From IMG/VR virus record IMGVR_UViG_3300034684_000299, positions 96,001 through 160,000 of that record: a DNA stretch of 64,000 nucleotides; one strand, written 5' to 3'. This DNA is from a virus. Shown here piece after piece: positions 57,852 to 64,000 of the stretch; position 1 is the first letter of the stretch; every line of letters starts with the position of its first letter. The notes beneath the pieces were generated by a model. It did not search any database. It was given only the letters and a program-made list of their open reading frames with translations, and was not told the origin of the DNA. The position numbers were made by a program, and so were the translations under genes.

Positions 57852-58390
57852 AAATACCAGAGTTATTAAGTATTTTTGGAGATCTAAAACCAAAAAATAA
57901 AGAGGTTTTGTACAATTTCTTAGTAGATCCAAGAACATACAATGATAGAGGTGAAATTAAAGAGTTTAGACAGATATTGAGGGAAATGAAAAATGATTTG
58001 TTGTACTATGATGCATATTTTGATGAAGAAATGAGTCAAAGTGAAGAGAAGTTCAGACAACTAATAACTGAGAACAAAGGCAGATATAAGACCGTAACTA
58101 TTAAAATGGAGGATTTATTTAAGATCTCCGAAGAAGAATATCGATATTGGGTAGAATGTATAGAGGAAGAATATAATGCGATAATGACTGCTGGATTTGA
58201 GAAAATAGGAATAATTACTTATTATTTTGATTTAGAAAATGAAGAAACGTTGTCAGAAGCTGAAGCTGACAACGTACCTATGGGTGAAGAAAGGATAGAG
58301 AAATGGGTCGATCAGACAAATTCAAAATTTGATTTATGGTCTGAAATAATTGAGTATTACATAGAAAAGAAAAAGGAGGAAAAATCTTGA
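57845..58390 (+). CDS. Acidic hypothetical protein, paralogue family F (extended)
   Basis: FEKIGIITYYFD..KWVD..FDLWSEIIE. Confidence 0.7.
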   Translation: MLEIPELLSIFGDLKPKNKEVLYNFLVDPRTYNDRGEIKEFRQILREMKNDLLYYDAYFDEEMSQSEEKFRQLITENKGRYKTVTIKMEDLFKISEEEYRYWVECIEEEYNAIMTAGFEKIGIITYYFDLENEETLSEAEADNVPMGEERIEKWVDQTNSKFDLWSEIIEYYIEKKKEEKS

Positions 58391-58523
58391 ATGTACAAAT
58401 ATTTGAAACAAGGGATTAAGTTTCAATATCAATTAGAAATACAGCCCTATCTTTTAGGTAGGGCCTTTTTTTTACCCTATTGAATTTTTTGAAATGATAC
58501 AATGTAGACAGGAGGTGGGATAA

Positions 58524-59003
58524 ATGGACAAAGGAGAACTAATTGAACAAGCCAAGAAAATGGAACAAGAAAGCACTTATTCCGCTGTTGCACATTTTAT
58601 TATGTACAAGATATGGAATAATTTTCGTTTTTTTATAGGTATACCTGCTATTATTTTGAACGTTGTTTGGCTTATTCTTATGATACCTAATTTTAATCTA
58701 GATATCTATATATTAGGAATAACAGAATTATTATTAGTAGCTTTTTTAGTTTTTTACGATATAGATCTAAAAAAAGATAGATATAGCAAGACATGGAAAC
58801 GATATTATTCTATTAAATTAAAAATACACAATTTAACTCAGCATTCTAAAGGGGAAATAGACAAGGAGATGTTTCAAAAAATAAGATTTGAATTTGAAGA
58901 GTTAAACAACAATGCACCAAAAGTCTGGAAATATGTCGATAAGATTTCTAAAACAAGTAAAATAGATACTTCCAAAGGAAAAACCACTGGAAAAAATAAG
59001 TAA
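58524..59003 (+). CDS. SLATT-like two-TM protein
   Basis: AHF...W....IGIPAIIL, second TM, then Y...W..Y..I helical C-terminus. Confidence 0.55.
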   Translation: MDKGELIEQAKKMEQESTYSAVAHFIMYKIWNNFRFFIGIPAIILNVVWLILMIPNFNLDIYILGITELLLVAFLVFYDIDLKKDRYSKTWKRYYSIKLKIHNLTQHSKGEIDKEMFQKIRFEFEELNNNAPKVWKYVDKISKTSKIDTSKGKTTGKNK

Positions 59004-59073
59004 TGATATAATTATTAAGACAATTGACAAAATTTTTAAAGGAGGGGAAGGTGCGTTTTTTGCACAGAATATA

Positions 59074-60432
59074 ATGGAAGAAAAATTATTAAAATTAGCT
59101 TCAAATGTTGAACTTTACCAATACGACAGACCGATTGGTCCTGGTCAAGGAGCAGAAGATTATTTATCTTATCAATTAATGAAACAAAAACAAGAAGAAG
59201 ATAGGAAAAAAGCCAGAAAAGAAGGGAGAGGTGTCGCTATAGCAACTGGAGCAGGATTAGGAGCTTTAGCATCGTTGATAGCTAGAAAACCATTAGGTTT
59301 GGATGCACTACCAAATAAAATGCAAGCTGGACTAATACTAGGTGGAGCTGGCGAAGGTGCTATCGCAGCAGGAATTCCTTATGCAGTTGGAAGGACGAGT
59401 GAAGAAAGAAAATACAAAAAGTTAGAAAAGAAAGGAGCAGATATTGAAGGCACTTATACTCCAGTTAATTATGAATTAACACCTGAACAATATGAGGCGT
59501 TGCAAAAAGAGCAAGAACGATTAGTAAAAAAGGTATCAAGAGCTAATATATCGGGAGCGGTAGGAGCTGGTGCCGCAACTGCAGCTGGGTTAGCAGCTTT
59601 AATAGCTGGTAAAAATTTGAAAACAAAAACTCCAAAAGAATTAGGAAAATATTTTGCAACTTCTGCAGGTGCTGGTGCTGCAGCTGGATTAGCTGGGAAC
59701 ATAGGGGGATTAGCTGCCGCTACTTCAACTGCTAAAAAGGAATTAGATAAAAAAGCTGAATTGTTTAATGCGGGAGTTAACTATGCACTAAAACAAGCTG
59801 AGTTAACACCTGCTGAAGAAAGAAAATTGCAACAAATGCAAGCAGAATATTATCAAACAATGAGCGATCTCGAAAGGAGATATTACAATAGATACCAGGA
59901 AGAAAAAAGAAATGTAGAAAAGAAACAAATGGCTAAGAACTTAGGTGCTGGTGCTTTAACAGGAGCTGCTGTGGGTTCAACTGTTGGGTTAATTGCTACA
60001 CCTAAACCAAATAAAATGTCTGGGACGGCTAAAGGTGCTATTGGCGGAGCCGCTGTTGGAACTCTTGGTAGATATGTGGGTGAAAAGGTTAAAAAGGGTA
60101 AAGAGCAAAAAGTAATAGACGAAATAGCATACACTAAAGCATTGCAAGGTGGTAATCCTTACAGCCCAGAATATGACTTAGCATTAATGAGATATACTAA
60201 AAATGCATCTGATAATACGGAAGATATATTAAAAAAAAGAGCTAATTTTTTTAAAGGGGCTTACAAGAATTTAAGTCAATTCATGAATCAAGTAAAAAAA
60301 GATATATTGAGTACTTCTGATGGAAGTATAAAAAAAAATAAAATAAATGTTGAGGAACCCAAAAGTATACGTCAGACTAACAAAAAGATAACCGAAGATC
60401 AGGTTAAAACACAGCCTCAAGCTGGAATGTAA
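59074..60432 (+). CDS. Gly/Ala-rich protein with glycine-zipper-like hydrophobic repeats (possible virion/ejection protein)
   Basis: Several GAxxGAxxG segments separated by charged helices. Confidence 0.7.
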   Translation: MEEKLLKLASNVELYQYDRPIGPGQGAEDYLSYQLMKQKQEEDRKKARKEGRGVAIATGAGLGALASLIARKPLGLDALPNKMQAGLILGGAGEGAIAAGIPYAVGRTSEERKYKKLEKKGADIEGTYTPVNYELTPEQYEALQKEQERLVKKVSRANISGAVGAGAATAAGLAALIAGKNLKTKTPKELGKYFATSAGAGAAAGLAGNIGGLAAATSTAKKELDKKAELFNAGVNYALKQAELTPAEERKLQQMQAEYYQTMSDLERRYYNRYQEEKRNVEKKQMAKNLGAGALTGAAVGSTVGLIATPKPNKMSGTAKGAIGGAAVGTLGRYVGEKVKKGKEQKVIDEIAYTKALQGGNPYSPEYDLALMRYTKNASDNTEDILKKRANFFKGAYKNLSQFMNQVKKDILSTSDGSIKKNKINVEEPKSIRQTNKKITEDQVKTQPQAGM

Positions 60433-60510
60433 TGTGGGGGAAACGATGACGTTGGGGTGAACGGCGGGCTCTTATCGTAAGATAAGGGCTCGTTTTGTTT
60501 TAGCAATAGA

Positions 60511-60534
60511 AAAGGGCTGATACTTGATCAGCCC
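60511..60534. repeat. 24-bp direct repeat / hairpin, copy 1
   Basis: AAAGGGCTGATACTTGATCAGCCC identical to 61796-61819. Confidence 0.9.
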
Positions 60535-60663
60535 GGTGTGTGAGTGTCTATACGAGGAGTTAAAGATGAAAAAAAAGGAGATGAATTCTTACATTGGTTG
60601 TTAATTTAATTATATCATGAAATCAAAAAGATGTCAACGAAATATCTTTAATTTAAAATTAAA

Positions 60664-61719
60664 TTATATTTTTAGTTCATTCGGTTCTATACTATCATAT
60701 TCTATTCCAGCAAAGCAATTAAGAATAGCTTCAAAAATAATCTTTGCTCCTTGACAAGGTACTGCCATTCCTATTTGTTTTCGCACACTCTCTTTTGTCC
60801 CAAAGAAAACATACGTATCCGGGAAAGTTTGAAGTCGAGCTCTTTCTCTGTTTGTTAAAGCTCTAGGCTCTGACCAGTGATACATATGAGTTCCTCCACC
60901 TCCACTACCAGTAACTGTATAAGCGGGTTTATTTGGGTCCAATCTCTTATAAATTTGGCTTATTTTTGCACCTTTTACTTTTAATTGAAGCTCTGGAGGA
61001 AGATTAGCTGTAAAAGCATTTTCCCCGGGCTTAATATGAAGAAGCCTTTGTATTACAGTTTCAGATTGTTGGGTTCTTTCATTGTTTGGAGCATCCGCAG
61101 GTATTGGAGGCACTTCAAGTGCAGTACGACATGTATTATCAATATTTGCATAAGGGGCAGGGGATGGCACTTTAAAAGTTACATTTATATCATTTCGAAT
61201 ACCTACAATAATAATTCGGTGTCGTGACTGTGGTATTCCATATTCCTCAAATTTATATAAATGTGGAGTAATTGTATACCCGGCTTCCTGTAATTCATTC
61301 AGTATTTTTGTAAAAGCTTTTCCGTCATTGGCATTACGAAGTCCACCTACATTCTCTGCAAGGAACCACATAGGGCGAAACTTTTTCAATGCTTTAACTC
61401 CATAAGAATATAACGGTCCAAAAACTCCGTTAATTCCTTTCTGTTCGCCAACTATACTAAAATCATTGCATGGGAAACCGAATGCCAAAGCATCAATTGG
61501 AGATAATTTATCCATATCTAGTTTGCGAATATCTTCTTGATAAACTGTTTCTGGATTGTTTGGACAAATATTGTAGCGATATGTTTTACAGGTATCTTCA
61601 TCGTAATCACTAGCCCATTCATGGACTATAAAATGCTGTCCGTCAGCACTGGTGGCATTTATAGCGCCGTAAGCAAGTCCTCCAGGTCCACAGAATAATT
61701 CACCTAATCTATATTTCAT
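60664..61719 (-). CDS. dcm: C5-cytosine DNA methyltransferase
   Basis: ELFCGPGG, GFPC, AENV, PQSRHR, ERARLQTFP, IGMAVP. Specificity unknown. Confidence 0.93.
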   Translation of the reverse strand: MKYRLGELFCGPGGLAYGAINATSADGQHFIVHEWASDYDEDTCKTYRYNICPNNPETVYQEDIRKLDMDKLSPIDALAFGFPCNDFSIVGEQKGINGVFGPLYSYGVKALKKFRPMWFLAENVGGLRNANDGKAFTKILNELQEAGYTITPHLYKFEEYGIPQSRHRIIIVGIRNDINVTFKVPSPAPYANIDNTCRTALEVPPIPADAPNNERTQQSETVIQRLLHIKPGENAFTANLPPELQLKVKGAKISQIYKRLDPNKPAYTVTGSGGGGTHMYHWSEPRALTNRERARLQTFPDTYVFFGTKESVRKQIGMAVPCQGAKIIFEAILNCFAGIEYDSIEPNELKI

Positions 61720-61795
61720 ATATTCACTCCATTATATTTGAAAATTCTAATTTATTTTATTATAACAAATTCAACTTAGTAATATAATAATAAAT

Positions 61796-61819
61796 AAAGG
61801 GCTGATACTTGATCAGCCC
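61796..61819. repeat. 24-bp direct repeat / hairpin, copy 2
   Basis: Identical to 60511-60534. Confidence 0.9.
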
Positions 61820-61867
61820 TATACGAATAAGCCTATCGGAGCAAGTTTTTTTATATTTTCATTCAAA

Positions 61868-61896
61868 TTATACCACGAAAAAAATCCTTTGTCAAT
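61868..61896 (-). promoter_or_regulatory. Consensus sigma70 promoter upstream of dcm
   Basis: TTGACA-17-TATAAT with TG extension; a second such promoter lies at about 60610-60638. Confidence 0.75.
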
Positions 61897-62007
61897 ATAA
61901 TTAGAAAAAAGGGATCGATTATTCATCAATCCCAAAAGATAATAAAAAGAGTTGAACCATGATCTGATTATATTTTATCATATATGAATATTAAAGGAGG
62001 TAAAACA

Positions 62008-62193
62008 ATGGACGAATACGAAAAGGCAAAAAAAGAAGCCGAGAGATCTTACTTGAGGGCAAGAAAATATGCAGAAAAAGTGAAGAAAGAGTTGTATTTT
62101 TCAGAAAATTATGATACAATAGAAGTGGACGAAGATTTTATAGATTTATTCAAAGAATATTTAAAAGAGGAGGAAGAAAATGCTGAAAGTTGA
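62008..62193 (+). CDS. Hypothetical protein
   Basis: AGGAGG-led ATG. Confidence 0.65.
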   Translation: MDEYEKAKKEAERSYLRARKYAEKVKKELYFSENYDTIEVDEDFIDLFKEYLKEEEENAES

Positions 62194-62482
62194 AGGAGCT
62201 CAAAAATTAGGTGGAAATGTTGGTGTTATCTTATACTACGATACAAAAGAAAAAATGTATTACTCATATCTATACTCATTTGGGACCATGCTTTATGGCA
62301 GAACGTTAGAAGAATGTTTGGATGAAACTAAAAAAGTTCTGAACGAATACAAAGAAATGCTGGAAAATAAAGAAGTGAAATTCAGCTCATTGAAGAAGAA
62401 AGAAAAATTATCCAAAACAATTCAGTTGTATTGGGGAATAATAAAAGTAAAACTAGCTTCAATTTTTGGTTTTGTGAAATGA
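62180..62482 (+). CDS. Hypothetical protein
   Basis: SD-led ORF. Confidence 0.65.
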   Translation: MLKVEGAQKLGGNVGVILYYDTKEKMYYSYLYSFGTMLYGRTLEECLDETKKVLNEYKEMLENKEVKFSSLKKKEKLSKTIQLYWGIIKVKLASIFGFVK

Positions 62483-62491
62483 GGGGATAAT

Positions 62492-62680
62492 ATGTTTTTT
62501 GCATGGTATTATTTAATAACAATAACTGCAGTATTGGTGCTAATTATTGTTTTCTTTTATCTTCTAAAGACTCCAAATAAAAGACCAAAAATGCAAAGAA
62601 ATATAGAAATGATAATAATTACGATATTATTTTTTGATTTGTTCTTTGTATTGCTTTATGCATTGTCAAGATGTTGCTGA
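62492..62680 (+). CDS. Small two-TM membrane protein
   Basis: Two hydrophobic segments flanking a basic loop. Confidence 0.6.
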   Translation: MFFAWYYLITITAVLVLIIVFFYLLKTPNKRPKMQRNIEMIIITILFFDLFFVLLYALSRCC

Positions 62681-62701
62681 TTTCAAAAAGGAGGAATATT
62701 T

Positions 62702-62902
62702 GTGTATAGAATGTATTTTGATGACGGAACAGCTAAGTATTTTGAATATGACCCATTTGATAATGGAAGCACAGCGAAACCATGTATATACGATCCATTC
62801 GATAACGGAAGTACAGCAAAACTATTCTTTTATGATCAATTAATCTTTGACCCATTCACAAATGATGAAAACTCAATCAAGCATATTATCATTAATTTCT
62901 AA
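62702..62902 (+). CDS. Small protein with YDPFDNGSTAK repeats
   Basis: AGGAGG SD, GTG start; tandem 14-aa repeats. Confidence 0.6.
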   Translation: MYRMYFDDGTAKYFEYDPFDNGSTAKPCIYDPFDNGSTAKLFFYDQLIFDPFTNDENSIKHIIINF

Positions 62903-63053
62903 TACTTTTTGAATGATTTGTTCTTTACTGTACTTATTTTTTTCTGCTTCCTTTAGAAAATCTATTTCTTCTTCAGATATATCATACCCTTCTATTGCTA
63001 GGGTATTCTTTATGTACTCAATTTTATCATACATAATTTAACCTCCATACAAA

Positions 63054-63980
63054 TCAAAAGTTTCTAATAATTAATTCATTAATTTCTCCTCGTTTGTTTG
63101 GGTCACTGTTGATAGATCTCTTTGCTTTTATTCTCTCTATTGTATATCCAGCATATAACTCTTCAAAGAAATTATCGTCTGGGTTTGTATTCTTAGGATC
63201 AGAATTACTCAACAACAAATATGCCCCTTTCTCATCCATTCTTTTAAAGAATTCTGCTAACCTTTTTTGCTCATTATCATCAAATACATCGTTACTATAA
63301 TTATTAAAATTTGATGTAGTATTCAATGGACGATAAGGTGGGTCTAAGTATACTAACGTATTTTCCTTTATATATTTCTCACTTTGTTCAAAATCACCAC
63401 AAATAATTTCTGCTTTTTGCAATGCTTTACTGGCAGCTAGCAATTCGTCAACATCATAAATATTACGTTTCTTATAAGTACCCATAGGCACATTGAATTC
63501 ACCATTTTTATTCACTCTATACAATCCGTTGAAACATGTTTTGTTTAAGAAAATAGTATCAGCAGCTCTTTGAATCCAAGATTCACTAAACTTTTCGTAA
63601 TCAAAATTATTTCTTTCCTTATTGTACCTGTCTCGGATAAAATAATAATAAGCTTCAACATCGGCATAAGGTGCTTCGTTGTATATAGAATTATACATAC
63701 TCAACAAATCAATTAATTTTGAAACGTTGTGTTTGACGACTTTATAGGTTAAAATAAGATCTTTGTTGATATCTAACAAATAGTATTGTTTGATGTTGGT
63801 GCTATTTCTTAACATAAAGAAGAAAGCACCTCCACCCAGGAATGGTTCTACATATCTATTTATCTTTTTCACTGGAACCCTTTTATACAATTCTTCTAAT
63901 ATTTGAGTTTTACCACCAGCCCAATGTAGAAATGGTTTTGCTAAAACAAATTGATTGAATAAAGTATTCATAGTAAACAC
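63054..63980 (-). CDS. dam: D12-class N6-adenine DNA methyltransferase (Dam-like)
   Basis: KPFLHWAGGK, EPFLGGG, FLNKTCFNGLYRVN, YLDPPY. Confidence 0.92.
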   Translation of the reverse strand: MFTMNTLFNQFVLAKPFLHWAGGKTQILEELYKRVPVKKINRYVEPFLGGGAFFFMLRNSTNIKQYYLLDINKDLILTYKVVKHNVSKLIDLLSMYNSIYNEAPYADVEAYYYFIRDRYNKERNNFDYEKFSESWIQRAADTIFLNKTCFNGLYRVNKNGEFNVPMGTYKKRNIYDVDELLAASKALQKAEIICGDFEQSEKYIKENTLVYLDPPYRPLNTTSNFNNYSNDVFDDNEQKRLAEFFKRMDEKGAYLLLSNSDPKNTNPDDNFFEELYAGYTIERIKAKRSINSDPNKRGEINELIIRNF

Positions 63981-64000
63981 CTCCTTATAACTTAATTATA

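Noticed and set aside
209-63300. Many short opposite-strand or overlapping ORFs in the track (e.g. 209..427, 2637..2879, 4270..4737, 19612..19935, 38493..39035, 47827..48306)
   Set aside because: They shadow longer SD-led genes, lack an RBS and have atypical composition.

Overview
AT-rich, gene-dense 64-kb segment that reads as part of a large bacteriophage genome or a related mobile replicon. There is no rRNA, integrase, capsid gene or CRISPR array in the window. NrdJ, ThyX, DnaN and a tmRNA-like RNA resemble Thermotogota homologues (comparison from memory), so a Thermotogota host is inferred. Left arm: class II RNR with a mini-intein, Tmk, an IscB element, an SLT enzyme, an IS200/IS605 TnpA+TnpB element, HU, a metallophosphoesterase, a primase-like protein and a beta-helix protein. 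The most striking locus is 21.3-24.1 kb. It carries an AcrIII-1 (DUF1874) ring nuclease whose stop codon sits in a hairpin followed by two tandem pseudoknots resembling tmRNA PK2/PK3. Next comes a stand-alone 73-nt tmRNA tRNA-like domain (G3-U70, CCA, no mRNA-like domain), then three Y-RNA-like ncRNAs, tRNA-Asn and Ro60/Rsr. Two RNA ligases (DRB0094/Rnl2-type and RtcB) lie further right. The 25-58 kb region is a co-oriented array of about 43 mostly acidic genes in 11 paralogous families, including four Ocr-like putative DNA mimics, preceded by a recurrent TGGTATATAT promoter motif. The window also has orphan omegaRNAs for both IscB and TnpB, and three DNA methyltransferases. All family calls rest on motif recognition by eye; no database search was run.
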